Shown here: positions 1-13,000 of the stretch, one piece after another
How the letters are laid out: each line of letters starts with the position of its first letter
Numbering within the stretch: position 1 is the stretch's first letter
Assembly (NCBI GenBank): GCA_030141605.1
Contig: JAQGDQ010000006.1
Span: 620,001-684,000 of the forward strand
DNA from: Tubiluchus corallicola
Lineage: Eukaryota > Animalia > Priapulida
Direction of reading: 5' to 3'
Length of the DNA stretch: 64,000 nt
Program-made: the position numbers and the translations under genes
The notes under the pieces: model-generated
What the model was told of the DNA's origin: nothing
Databases searched by the model: none
What the model saw: the letters and a program-made list of their open reading frames with translations, nothing else

Positions 1-149
1 CAAAAATCATCTAACTACATGCTAGAAGTCTTTTCATACACTTATATCTCTGCATTTAGTACAATATACACATTTTGTTGGAATAGCTTTTCATGTTTGA
101 GGTTCCATGTGTGTTGAAGTAATTTATCTTAGATTTTAGGACACATTTT

Positions 150-436
150 AGGATTTTAGAAGCTATATTGTTCAAACTATGTCTGAAGTCTCATATATCA
201 CTGCAGTTAACAAGGGAAGTCAACAAGATTGTGTCTTGTCACCTTTGCTTTTTGTGTTATACACAAATGATCTAAGTTGCAATAAAAACGATTAAAAAAT
301 TATTTAACATGCAGATGGCACAATGATTTTACGTCTTATTTCAAACAATGAAGAGTCTGGCCATAAAAATGTCTTTAGCAATGCTACCAAATGACGTCGT
401 AATAATTTCCTGGAATTAAATGCGCCCAAAACTAAA
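150..436 (+). mobile_element. Degenerate non-LTR retrotransposon RT fragment (Rex1/Babar-like)
   Basis: A single frame reads NKGSQQDCVLSPLLFVLYTNDL..KII*HADGTMILRLISNNEESGHK..*RRNNFLELNAPKTK. This matches the RT motifs GVPQGCVLSPLLF, (F/Y)ADD and LISNNDES...NxLELNxxKTK, with in-frame stops. Confidence 0.8.
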
Positions 437-1326
437 ATTAATGTTGACAACTATCATCCTATCAGACACAAATTTACATTTCTCTGACACAAAGTAAAAA
501 GTGTCCTTTTCAAGAGCAAACAATTTTAAATGTTCATTTGTTTCAACTTCGTCAAAATATTCAACAGTAGCTAAGCACTTTTCAATATTTCTTTTGATTT
601 TTGAGCCAATTTATACGAGCACTTAAATTTAATTACGGTTGCGAATTTGTTGTACTAAGTGCTTACTTAAACTAAGTCAGTGCAAACTACAAAGCATAAC
701 AGAAAAAAAGTATACCGTGTATAGTATCTATGACCAATAAAGACGTATACTCTTACACGCTAAAACGTTAAAATATTCTTATAGTAAGTCTGTGAGACAT
801 CAGTAACAGAAATACAGTATTAGCAAATGTCTGAGGTCCCATTTTAAAGTTCACTGCTTGGCCAGACCTGATCGGGGTCCTAGTCGCCCTACAATTACAT
901 TACACATTTAGATAGATCACAGATGTACATCTACTTCTACTACATTTTAACAAATATGCCGTTTATAGTAAACACTACGTCCCATTTCATAAATGAAATT
1001 CATTAAGCGAACACAAAGAAAACGAAATGCACTGATACCCGTTTGACTGCACAGACTGTACATGCACACGATACAGAAACTGAGAGAACACCCACCGGTT
1101 TATCGAAAGATGCCGTATTGATTAATTTTCGGCATAATTTTATTTTAGGTTGTGCACGCCGCGTGGGTTGGAGTATCAAACAAAGGCTGTTTGGAATAAA
1201 GCTTCGGCCTATACTACCGGAAGAAACGCTAATATTTCAGCTTTGGCTAGATAGAAAACTTACATTGCGTTATAGGAAATATCACATAACTATAACTATA
1301 TAAAATATTACGGTTATAGCAACATA

Positions 1327-1376
1327 AATAATAATAATAATAATAATAATTGTTATTATTATCATTATTATTATTA
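1327..1376. repeat. (AAT)n followed by (TTA)n: palindromic trinucleotide microsatellite
   Basis: aataataat... directly followed by ...ttattattatcattattattatt. Confidence 0.85.
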
Positions 1377-1449
1377 ATTTTTTTATAATTCTAGGCAGTG
1401 CTTGTCGTATATATACCGTTAACATTCGCGGCGTGTAAAGTTGAAATTA

Positions 1450-1630
1450 TGTATCATGCAGATGCGGACGCGGTTGTGTGCGTAATAGGTAAAATCGGTT
1501 TATACTGTTTCCAAAGCACCCGTTTATGCAGCCTGCGTATGCGTTATTCATTTTCCGCAGCTATTTCTTCTTGATTTTTTCCACAGGCTGTTCCACAGCT
1601 GGAAAACGCATCCGCATCCGCAAGCTACAC
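1450..1630. repeat. Small inverted-repeat (MITE-like) element
   Basis: tgtatcatgcagatgcggacgcggtt (~1450) is the reverse complement of aaacgcatccgcatccgcaagctaca (~1605) at about 21/26 positions. Confidence 0.45.
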
Positions 1631-4027
1631 ATAGCCTGTAGAGCGTAGAATGTAGATCCGAGCGAGATATTTAGTAATCACCAGATTGTTAAAACCAAGA
1701 TGAGTTACTAGTGTAACTAATGAGTATTACAATTATAGGCCTTACTTTTGGGATTTACAACACTGCATAATCACATACATTTTTGAAAAATTTTAACAAG
1801 TAAAACGAAGCATTCGCCTTGCAAAAATCACTGTAGCATTTGTGATATTAAACCAACGAATAATATTTTCCAAATGTTCGATGATTTATGCTGACCTACA
1901 CTACGTGGAAAGCCCGCGCTTAATTGTTGGGACTGGAGCATTCGTAAGTGGCTGTCTGGCTGGTAACGAAGCGTATGATAGGGTAGCTTGCATAGCGATG
2001 GGCAAGTATGTTGGATTGATGAAAAGAACTTGTTGCATGACGCTGGTACTATAAGTATAAATTAATGACACGTATTTTAAACTTCGATGGCTAAATGCAG
2101 TGAATGGTGTGTGGAAATTAACAAATGAACAAAGCAGCAATTAAGTAATTATCGACTGACAGATGGCAAATTCAATTAAGTCACTATACCCACCTGAACC
2201 GACCAAACGACCAAGCATGTAATCAAGTAGTAACAGAGTTTAAATTAAGTTAATTTCTTTCTAATAATCATAAGTCGTAGAATGACAATGTAGCTGTATT
2301 TTTAATACTCTACATACGTACATAGTACGTGCACTACATAAAATACTATAACCTTATATATTCAAATGAGCTAAAATGTGCAACGAATAAGTGTGACACA
2401 TAACGAATTCGACGAAGTCCTTATAACCCGTTTATAACAATCTAAAGGCTCTAGATGAAACAATGAAAAATTTTATGTACTCACATTTCACTTTGCAATC
2501 TGTGATTTTTTTAGAATGGTTCAATCATAGGATGGTCTGTCCTGGAGAACAAAAAAGCAATCGCCTCACAACAATATCTTGCAGTTATTAACAACCGTGA
2601 CTAATTTATGGTATCCCGCAACACTGGTTTACCTCTGTACCATAGTCCTAAAATGTAGCATGCAGTATTACAGCTAATGATGATTTTCCAATGCCAGCGT
2701 TTTAGTCGAATCTACGGTGTTTGACTAATATGCAGGCCCTGCACATTTGACAGTGTCAACGTAGACTTTTACTCATAGGCACCTGCAACTCACAACATCG
2801 ATTGCGTTACGGTACGTTGACTATCTTACCCATGGGTTGCCATTGGCAACAAAGCAGGTGGAGTATTTGCCGCCAAAAAGAATACAATTTTCACACTTTG
2901 ACTCTTCTCTTGGGCCCTTAAAGAATCCCAGAATTTTTACAAGCCCAGATACATATCCGTCCCACAATATTAGTATCTAAACAAACATGGCAAAGGAGGA
3001 CTTGATTGTCAAAAAACTGACCGATGTCCGGTGTCCTTGGCCCTTTCACCAAGATCATGGCTCACCGCGCCGTTTTCATTGGTACATGAAATGAATTGAA
3101 ATGAACTTTGATGGGAATGTGCATGCCTGTTAAACTTCTGAGTACTTAACAAAATTAAGAAGACCATTGAAGGTTTGCTTGGGCTACTTTCTGTGGCGGG
3201 AAATCTATCCATATCATCGGTGTTTCCACATCATTCAAAAATGGCTCTGCAAGAAATGTTACCTATTTAATCTGCGCGTATTTTCAACATGTATACATAC
3301 ATACTATGTACATACATTTATACTCGCATACATATTCCCATATTCACATACATACATGTACATATAGGTCTGTTAGCATTAATGTTATGTCTGTTAATTC
3401 TTAATTTCTTTTAGTTGTTCACAAATTTTCAGAAGTTGTGCGTTTTAATTGCAAACACTTTGGGGTATTCAAGGTCTTGACTGAAGTTTGCTTATAATAA
3501 TTATGAAAACCACTATGAGAGGGATACTGATATTTTGCTGTTGCAAGAGTACTGTTTATTTGAAAGTTACGTGTCGAAATTAAAAGTTAGGAAATATAGA
3601 CCGCGTTGATAAAAGTTCAATAAATGAAAGTTCTCCACTGATAGGTCGTCCTTCTTGTGGTTGTGTCATTGCGTACAAACCTACCTTACAGATAAAAGCT
3701 GATATTAATGCGGTAACTTGTAATCATGTAAGGTTATGCGGTTTAACTATTTCTATAGGCTCTTGTAGCGCAGTGTACTACAGTGACACAGTATTAATGC
3801 TTATATACCATACGATTCTCATTTTTAAGATGATAATTATGCTGAATACTGCTGAATACATGAAAGTCAGTAGTGAAGTTAAGCAGGAAATACATAAAGT
3901 GAATCCCTCATATTTAATACTTGGTGTGGATCTTAACACTAACATTAAAAGAGTCTCTCCACATGTTGTATTCACAATTTTGATGCCACTATGATCTTAT
4001 TCCTTGCATTGACCTTGAACCCGCTAA

Positions 4028-4151
4028 TGTTTCATGTATATACATTGGTCCTACGTCGAAACAGTCTAGAATTGATCATTTTCTGATTTTGTTTCATGTA
4101 TATACATTGGTCCTACGTCGAAACAGTCTAGAATTGATCATTTTCTGATTT
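4028..4151 (+). repeat. Perfect 62-bp tandem duplication inside the LINE endonuclease region
   Basis: tgtttcatgtatatacattggtcctacgtcgaaacagtctagaattgatcattttctgattt occurs at 4028-4089 and again at 4090-4151. Confidence 0.9.
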
Positions 4152-4479
4152 CGAGTAATTTATCAGAAAACATAAAATCTTGTGCCATAGTAGGCAGCCA
4201 TGTGCACTCAGCTCACATTCCTGTCAGTATTGAAATTAACATTAAATTGGATTACTTTGATTTAAAGGCGAGTCATAAACCCGCCAAAAAATTCTTTGCT
4301 CTCGTATTGTTATTATGAAAATGTGATACTTGTGAACAACAATGTGGACAGTTGGGTACTATTCATTAAAAATATACTAACTCACGAAAGTTTTCTAAAT
4401 ATTTGGGAATCTCAGAACAATTCGGATACCACTGGTTTGTTAAATCTTTAATACTTCAACTCTTGTCAAACTATGAGCC

Positions 4480-4722
4480 TTCCCGGAAATTTCCTCTTCT
4501 TCCCCTGATTTACTTTATGATGTCACGCATAATGACGCCATAATGACGCCATAATGTCACGCATATGACGTCACGTAATGATGCGGTCGAGAGATTTAAA
4601 ACTAAACAAACAAAAAATCCACTGAATACGAATACGATATACGCATAAAATTGCAATAAATCAGTATAATTTTTAGGGCGATTTTTAATGAAATCTACTT
4701 CAGGTACCGCTTTTCTTGTCCT
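4480..4722. mobile_element. Partial Kolobok-type MITE copy (family also at 26390-26599 and ~62120-62297)
   Basis: gcataaaattgcaataaatcagtataatttttagggcgattttt...tacttcaggtaccgcttttcttgtcct aligns with 62220-62297 and with the reverse complement of 26390-26470. Internal 11-bp cataatgacgc repeats and TGACGTCA. Confidence 0.65.
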
Positions 4723-5965
4723 TTTTCAAGCAAGATTAATCAAGTGGAGTAATTTCCTTCTTTGCTAATGGGCTATTTTGCTTTTCTTCTTTTACAAAGG
4801 TAAGTCAATTTTTTCCAACGTAAATAAATGCATGTTTGAACGAAATCAAGTGGAGAGGAAAGTATAAATTCTGATTACATAGCAAACCCGAGTTATTTGC
4901 TGTTTGTGTACTTAACCAATTTTTACATGGTATTAGACCTCATAGTATTATGTGCACGATCATGGTACCTATACCCAGAAGAAAACGTAAATTACTTTCC
5001 CGTTCTGACAATTATAGAGCACTTGCTCCCAGTAGTGTAATTAGTAAAATATTTGATTTGATCATTTTACTGAAAGAAAAAGCTGCGTTAAGTAATTCCG
5101 AACTGCCATTCGGATTTAAGCTGAGATTTCTACAACACAGTGTACGTTTGTTATGCCAGAAACCATAAATCATTATAACTCTGAAAGAAGCAATGTTCGT
5201 AACTGAACACTCTATTACTGGATGCAAACAAAGCATTCAATCGAGTAAATTATTGCAAGTTGTTAGGAAAACTCACTGACAAAAGCATGTCCAATTGTCC
5301 ATACTTGTGGCACCGTTCTTATTACACATATATATACACCAATCAAAATGACGCAGTGAACTGAGTTTTTGCGTGCGTGAATAATGAGCATGAAACCTTT
5401 CATCTTTTTTATTTGTATTATTTTTATATTGATGGTCAATTTTGACAAAAAGTGACGTAGAGTTGCCAAGTTAGAAATTACTATACAGGTTGTTTGGGAT
5501 ATGCTGACGATCTCACTCTTTTAGCCCCTATAATTTGAAAGGTTGCAGGTAATGGATAAAATATGCGAAGAATGTGCTACTGAGGATGGTGTTGTTCTTA
5601 ACGGTGAAAACGGTGAGTTTTTTATCTTTACTGGTCACCACTGCGTTGCCATGAAACGTCAAATTTCTGTAAATGGTGTGTTTTTTGTATCAAATATTCA
5701 CAGTACGGTGCATTCAGGTCATTGATGATGATGACAACATTGCTACATATGCTATTGCCAAATTCTCGGCAAAATCATTTAAATGTTTTTAGAGCAGATT
5801 TTGGCCAAATTCATCCTAACTTGTCTCTGCACTATCACTGTCATTATCTTTCTTGTCAGATGTTCTTTCAGTTTAATTTTCGTACTTGTACTTTTTGTGG
5901 TGTATCGCTGTATTCCTATAGAACCTGTTTCACTATGTTGGCAAATTATGTGTTGCGTGGAGAAG

Positions 5966-6253
5966 CCCGGGCAGCACAACAATATTATACTAATGTCGTG
6001 ACAATATTTTTGCAAATGTTGGGACTATATTTAAGGTGAACTTGCCACATCATTTTACCAATTTTTTGCACTATATGTAAAGGGTAAACCATGCGTTTTC
6101 AATATTGGATAAAAATATTGGTCCAATGTTGTACCAATATTGACGAAATATCCAATATTGTACCAACTTGGTGACAATATTTTCTGAACATGTTTTTGTC
6201 AAGGTCCCGACAAGATCTTGACCAAATGGTGACAATATTGGGTGCTCCCTAGG
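5966..6253. mobile_element. Non-autonomous DNA transposon (CCC-ended, possibly CMC/EnSpm-like) inserted into the LINE
   Basis: Imperfect TIRs cccgggcagcacaacaatatt / aatattgggtgctccctagg, and repeated internal (gtga)caatatt motifs. Removing the element rejoins the LINE frame LCVAWR-NAL with a 2-bp AG/AA duplication. Confidence 0.6.
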
Positions 6254-7259
6254 AATGCTCTCTGACTAATCCCCTAGAAAACTTGTAATATCATTGCTGT
6301 TCTCTTTGACTGCTTACCTTTAGAAACAAGCTTTAAATTAAGATTCAGCAAATTTGTGAACCATGTTCTAAATTAACATGTGCCAATGATTAATCACGTG
6401 GCTCACAGTGTAAACCACGTCATTAAATTGTTCTCGTCTTTTTGTAACAACACTACAGCAACATTATGCCCAGAAATAATAACAACAATAATGAGGATCA
6501 GCGCAGCGACAACAACAGTAAAAACAAAAAGAAGAATAACAAACAACAACAACCTACGATGGCATAACCAAAGAATTGTTTCTGGGTGATTTCATCTAAC
6601 TGCTATATCGCTTCAATTAAAGTTCTTCATTTTCTCCTATCAAAAGAGGATACGTAAAAGCTAAATATTTCACTTAGTGATTAGTACTTTTGTTGCAGAG
6701 CTGCACATGCTTGCCTCAAAAGTGAACAACACAAATCTACAATGTAATTTTTGTTACATACTTTCAGTCATTGAGTAAAGATTTTTCTATGCTGTCTGTG
6801 CTAGAATGTTGTTACTAAAGAGTCAGTTGAAAATGTAACAAATTTCAAGAAGGACTTGGATAGTTAGATTTTTGATATTTCTCAGTGAGTTACAAAGTTT
6901 GACATAATAGCTTTGGTGACATGTCATAATTACATTTCATGTCTGCAGTCCATTAATCTAGGAAGCAAAAGTGAGAGACAAAAGTGAGTGTAAATTTCTA
7001 ATGTAATTTTAAACAAAACTTGTTATGTGAATGTGTAGTGTGGTAATTTCAGTGTTTTTAATTCTATCTTAAAATATACAAAAAGTTGTCTAACCCTTTA
7101 CTTTTATTTTAAACCTAATTTCTCACAGAAAACCAAGCTAAGATACAATTTATCTAAGAGTTTCTTACCTTATCCAAAAACCCACGGAGATTTTTTACAT
7201 AAACTATTTTGACCTATGCATTTATATTTTTGTGTGATTATTATATCTATGTTTTGAGG

Positions 7260-7484
7260 TTACGCTCACAGTGGAGGACCGACAGGACAGGAAGTCCATC
7301 ATTCAATTTTCTGCGAACAAAGCTAGCATAATTTGTGAATTTGGCGCAGGCGTCGCTCAGACGTCTACTGGCGGGTTGAGTCTGAGACTCATTATTATTA
7401 TAGTTGCGAAGTGTGTTAGTGAGTATATGATAAGAATAATCAGTCGGGAAGGGTCATGTGTTTCTTAACGATGTGACGCTGTTG
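7260..7484 (+). promoter_or_regulatory. Probable promoter and non-coding first exon of the type I receptor gene
   Basis: Local CpG/GC enrichment (ggcgcaggcgtcgctcagacgtc...) ending in the strong donor TTG|GTAAGT at 7484/7485. The next acceptor is ttttacacag at 9933. Confidence 0.6.
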
Positions 7485-10047
7485 GTAAGTTGGTACCCTA
7501 TATATTAAAATCTTATTTACATTAAAATAAATTTCGCTGGATCTTGAGGTGTGACTTGTGTGTTTACATTAATTTTCTAGTCATTATGATTCTGATTTTC
7601 ACTTGTATATTTAAATAATGTGTAGACGTAGAATTTGCCACAGTACTCTGTAACTAAAATATTTGTGCGATAAACGTGAGTTGAATTATCGGATGCAAGG
7701 CACGTTCCACACAAGTTATGTTACCAGTACCAGTGCATTTATTATGTCATTTGTGTGTTTTTCGTATTACCTTGGACCAGCATAGTCGACTGTAACTTTT
7801 TTTAAGTCAGTGTTTCTCTTATTAAGTTGCAACCAAAAAGTAAAACTAGTAGCATCTATAAGAATATTGAAATAAAAGAAATTTGGCAGCACACCAGTGA
7901 AAACAGATTTTTGTTAACTGAACATTGAAAATTCTAGTATGTATCAGTACCAAATATTCGGATCACTGATTTTTTTCCCCACAAATCAGTACAAAAAATC
8001 CAGACCGGCAAACTTCAGTTGTAATCACTAAACATTTGGTGAACTTACAGTATACCGATATTAGTTTTTAATAATTGTGATTATTATATCAAACAAATTG
8101 AAAATTTTCTTGTAATGCTAATAAAATTCATCTGAAAAAACTGATAGCAAACAGTGAACACGTCACAACAGCCAACATTTTGCTTTCTGTTTTTCAGGGT
8201 TTCCATTGCTAATTACCGGCTTTGTTTATAAACTGAGCCTAATATTTCTACTGGGCTCCAACAATGAAAATGCTGACATTATTTGTAATAGGATAACCAT
8301 TGCTAGAGAATTTAAAATTTAAATGCCACCTTCTACAGTAGTAACCTGCTAGCAGACTATTAAGTATTAACTGCTGCATTAGTGGTATGTCAGGTCAACA
8401 GCCAGTAGGGAGATGACAGATGAAACCATTTTTGCCATAGGGGTGACTTACAAAAAAAAATCCATGACTTCTTTACCAAGCTGTTAATTATCCAAATGGA
8501 ATTGTTGTTTAACCAAAAAAAGCTATTTCAAGCCATTAACAAAGATAAGGATGAACAGATTGTTAAGTTTAACAGCACACAAAAAGCATAATATAGATTA
8601 TTTTATTACCCTAATCTCTACGTTGAAATTGTTTGTATGGGAAACACTTTTGCAACTCATAGCTCATGTGTTCAGGCTCTCAGGGTGTAATAACTGAATG
8701 CTTGTTGTTAACATAACAGTGCAGTTAGTTATAATGTACCAATAGTTATTTTTGTTTGTGAACATAAGTCAGTACAATTTCTTCACTGCTGCTGAATCTT
8801 AACAATCAGCCATTAACAATTGGGTGTAAGGAAAAGGGTACCCGAGTCAGATTTTTTTCTACCCATGCAAACACTACTTTTTTGTATGATAACTCGAAGA
8901 ATACAATGCATGGTTATTCACCGTCTGTATACAAAGTCATGTCAATTCGTGTCGTGTTGTGTTGTGTCACGTAGTAGTGCTCTATTTGCTTGTACACGAC
9001 GAAATAAATCAGTTAGTACTCGAACTAGTAAACAATTATACTCATGTTGATTTTACAAAATAGTTTAAACAGCTGCTAAAAGAATTAGGGCTGTTTTTAA
9101 AATACTTAACTACATAACACTGGCCATTACAGATTTAGCAATCAGAACAGTTTTAGACTACCCACCAATCACAGCTAACGTAAAGCAATAAAACGTTGTA
9201 GAGTTTCTAATTCTTTTCATTTGGAATGACAAGAAAATTTGGTTCAGTTTGATATTCCAATTTCATTTGACATTTTATCAGAATTCGGTTCGGCAACCAG
9301 TCCTAACGATCATCCGGTCCTAAGCTTCTGGTCAGTGGCACCCAAGCATAACAAGTTGCTTTACTTGATGAAAATGTGTGTTTGACGTACCCTAGTATGT
9401 ATAGTACCAACGTCTTCTCAAGACCTTTCTGAGTTGACGTGGGTAAAGCTAATACTTAAATTTGCCCATTAGAAAATGGTAAATTCTGGCTTCTGTTTTG
9501 GTGAGGTTGACCTTGTCTGCATTTTTTGCTCATTATTATTTTACAAACCCTTTTAATTTTCTTAGCAACTAGGTGACAGTGAATAAATGAATGGGTGGCC
9601 ATCAAGTTTAATACTTCCTCTGGGTGTGTCTTTGTCATACTGTTTTTGGATGAAAACTTTATTAATGGGCCTTGGTTAAGACATTTTATCCTAGAGATTA
9701 GCCTTGATAACGAACTAGTTTTCAGTTCTGCCATTGCTATCCACGTTAAGTAGATCCTGACATTGAGTGCTGGATCGCAGTTTACATTTGCATTGTGCTG
9801 AATAGTGGATTTTTGTTAATGTTTATAAGTAGACCTAGAAGTTATTAGGTATACTGACAAAAGTTAGTTATATAATGTAGGCTTGATTAGCCTTTTCATA
9901 ACGATTTTGACATTTTCCTTATGTTTTACACAGACTGGAAGACAAGCCAGCAGCAAAGTGCGAAGAACCACACCCGGGAGTAAAATGAAACAATTGATGT
10001 GGCCGGTGATACAGTATTGTAAAGTGATTACCTAGATCATCAGACAG

Positions 10048-13000
10048 ATGTTTAAATATTGTGATGAAATTTGCATTTTGAAGCTATTATTGTTCTTAGA
10101 TCTGACATCATTAATTCTTGGTAAGTTGTGCATTTCAGTGAAAAACCTTGAAATGCAGAAAATGCAATCTTGTTAACCAAATAATTTTAGCTAAATTTTT
10201 CAAATTGTAGCAGAGAAATATCTATTTTTACATTTAAGATGTTTTATTTGTAAAAAAATGCAAGCCTACCAAGTCACCAGCATTCAGCTCAGTGTTATCC
10301 ACTCTCCCATTATCCCGCCCAACGTGTTATTTCTCTCGCTTTTAAAATGTCAACGGAATAAGCAAAATTGAATATAGTAACAGACCTTTAATGAGTAAGG
10401 GATTTCGGAGTTGATCTCACATCAGATCCAAACAGACTGACAAATGAGATTTTGCAATCTGTCAAGTAGGATAAGGTAACACAAGTTGAGAATACCAGTC
10501 CAGATGTGATTGCAGTACTCCATGCAATGTTGGATGGTTGATTTTTAAAGCAGTCAACATTAGCAGTTAGCAATTTTCGAATATGCTATAGGTAAGGTTT
10601 CTTACTTTTTCAATATTTTTCTGGAGTGATAAAAGTGAATTTAAAGCAATTTCATCCATTATTTATGAAAAACTATTATTCATGAATAGGACTTTTTTAC
10701 TGGACAAAACTAATGAAACATCTTGTTATGTGGTAACTGCAATTACTCAACTGCTTGGCCTTGACACATTTTCACACGTAATTTCCATGAAGCCAGACTT
10801 GTGTCTGACTTTCTAATCTGTTCCCAGTAAATCAATACATGATGTCTGGCTGCATGAAGCTCTGCTTTGGGATGATGTCTGAACTGTTAATCTAGCTATG
10901 GCCCATGTATAAGTTTGTAACAATGTTTTTCCCTTGGGAGTCAGTGACAGTGTCTGTGATGCTGTACATACTTTGTTAATTAGTAGGGATTTGTCTACTG
11001 TGTAAACATTTGCACATCATTTAGAAAAAAATCATCAATCTTTATTTTGTGGCTTATCTGGCTAATGCTTGTTTAGCTTTAAACCAAAACTCTCTAATTG
11101 GAAAGCTGTCTCTTGTGAGACAAAATGTCAAGACAAAACATTATTTGCACCATGCACCCAAGGTTTTAGAAGTTACAGTATTTGCTCAGCACTCTAGTTG
11201 TTCCTATGTGAGAATTTACACATAGAAACTTAATAAGATCTGAAGTTGATTAAATGGTTTTTTTAAGATTTGGGGTGGTAAGCATTATGATACATAGTTT
11301 GATGGACTGCCTTAAGTAAAATAAAATTTGTAAAATTTAGAGCATTGTTTCATTCAAATGATCACCTCTTAGATTACTTTTATTGTCTTTGTAGGTATTG
11401 ATTGTTTGATATCTATGTAAACATTAAGTGATAGGCATTTATAATTGCATTTTTAACAAGCTGAATTTGCTTACCCAAATGCCCTGAATACGCTATTTAG
11501 GACCTTAATTGGTGTATAAGGTGGCAAGGGAGCCCATAAGCTTTTGTTGACACATTACGTAATTACTCCCTGTGGGCTAATGATAATGTTGTTGACAGCA
11601 CAGCAGGCTGCTGTGGATATAAATAAGTTGTGTTTTCAAAGTGGATCAATATTGTCTGATGAAGGAGCAGGCATACTGCATAATCTTGATTAAAAGTGTC
11701 TGTCTGTGGCATGAATAGTATGCTGTGTAGTGTGCACTACGTATTGCTTAAGACTGTGATATGCTTCTCACAGTATAAACCGGTATAAAGAATAAAACCA
11801 GTAATCTTTTTTTGGAATAGACGCTGTCATAAAATTTTGGTTTTGAGAAAAAACATTCAGTAAACTGTTTGAAAATGGTGTACGTGATGCATTTTTAATG
11901 AAAAGTTAATAATCACTTGCAAAATCTGCCATTGAAACAAGTGCACAAACTGAATCGTGATTCCAAATGCGTAATTTTTTTTTACAACCAAACACTAAAT
12001 AGGTACAATGGTGTTTCAAAAATTTTTGGCAATACAATATTGCACCAGTCCTCTTAATTATTTGCTAAATGAGTTGAGGAGAGTATTGATATACAGAAAT
12101 CCAATTTAAACCATTGTTGAAAGGCCGTGTACTGCTATAATCACATTAATGAAGTGACAGATTACTTTATTGATGATTTTTCTTCTGGATGCCAAGCAAT
12201 TAGTATGTACCTTAGACCATTTTTACAATAATGTACTAATGTTGTAATTATTATTGAAATGCTGCCAATCCTGCAATTGAGACAATTTCCTCTAAGTGGA
12301 AGGTGAAAAACTAATAGATCTGTACGTTTTTGTTAATTTTTGATAAATATATTCACTATACAGTATTTCAATGTATAATGTAGAACAACTGACAGCATTC
12401 TTTAAATTTCACTCTTCCTTGCTCAAGCATCAGCACTTGCCCAAATTCTGATTACATTACTGAAAACACGCAGTCACACGTATTACGGCATAACCTATTT
12501 TATACATAATGCAGAAAATTTTCAATTTGAAAATCACACGCAAAATGTCTGAAGTAATATGTACATGTGTAATGTTGCTCAGTGAAAGTCTACAAAGAAC
12601 AAGAACATTAACAAGAACAACGGTCATGGCAGCAGCAGCAAAACAGCAACAATAATGCAAGGAACTGAAAGCAGCAACAGAGCAGCAGTGGCAGCTGCAG
12701 CACAACAGCAACTACAGTAACATTATTCTTTGAATCACATTTAGAGATAAATTAGTTTTCAGCTTTTAGCTTTGCAATACATGCCAACAAAGAATGTAAT
12801 TTATAAACCATGTTCCTGAACAAGTTAAAACTTTGGATTATTTTCTTTGTTAATGACTGCACTTGGCATTTATTAAATACATTTTTTATTTTTTTTGCCC
12901 ACAAAAATTTGTCAGTTGCATAAAATCTACTCAAATTTGTTTTATTTTGAAACCAAAATATTTGCACGACTTTGTCAGATGATCGCACTGTGTAGATAGA

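Larger units (their letters stand above)
3490..6480 (+). mobile_element. Degenerate LINE ORF2 (APE endonuclease + RT, CR1/L2 supergroup), interrupted by nested insertions
   Basis: APE motifs: DTDILLLQEY (~3523), GRPS.G.VI (~3644), LILGVDLN, SRIDHFLI, SAHIPVSI. RT motifs: MVPIPRRKRK..SDNYRALA.SSVISKIFD..LPFGFK (4950-5120) and GCLGYADDLTLLAP (~5488). C-terminal LCVAWR/NAL..CNII..L.DCLPLE. Many stops and frameshifts. Confidence 0.85.

Noticed and set aside
1043-2140. Short ORFs from the six-frame track here and elsewhere (60-108 aa, non-ATG starts)
   Set aside because: They have no recognisable domains or splice structure and are expected by chance in AT-rich DNA.
2800-3260. Possible ORF1 remnant of the downstream LINE
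   Set aside because: The position fits, but the motifs are too degraded to support a call.
12457-12711. Cys/Ala-rich minus-strand ORF or poly-Q exon
   Set aside because: It is the translation of a simple CAG/CAA repeat, with no supporting splice sites.
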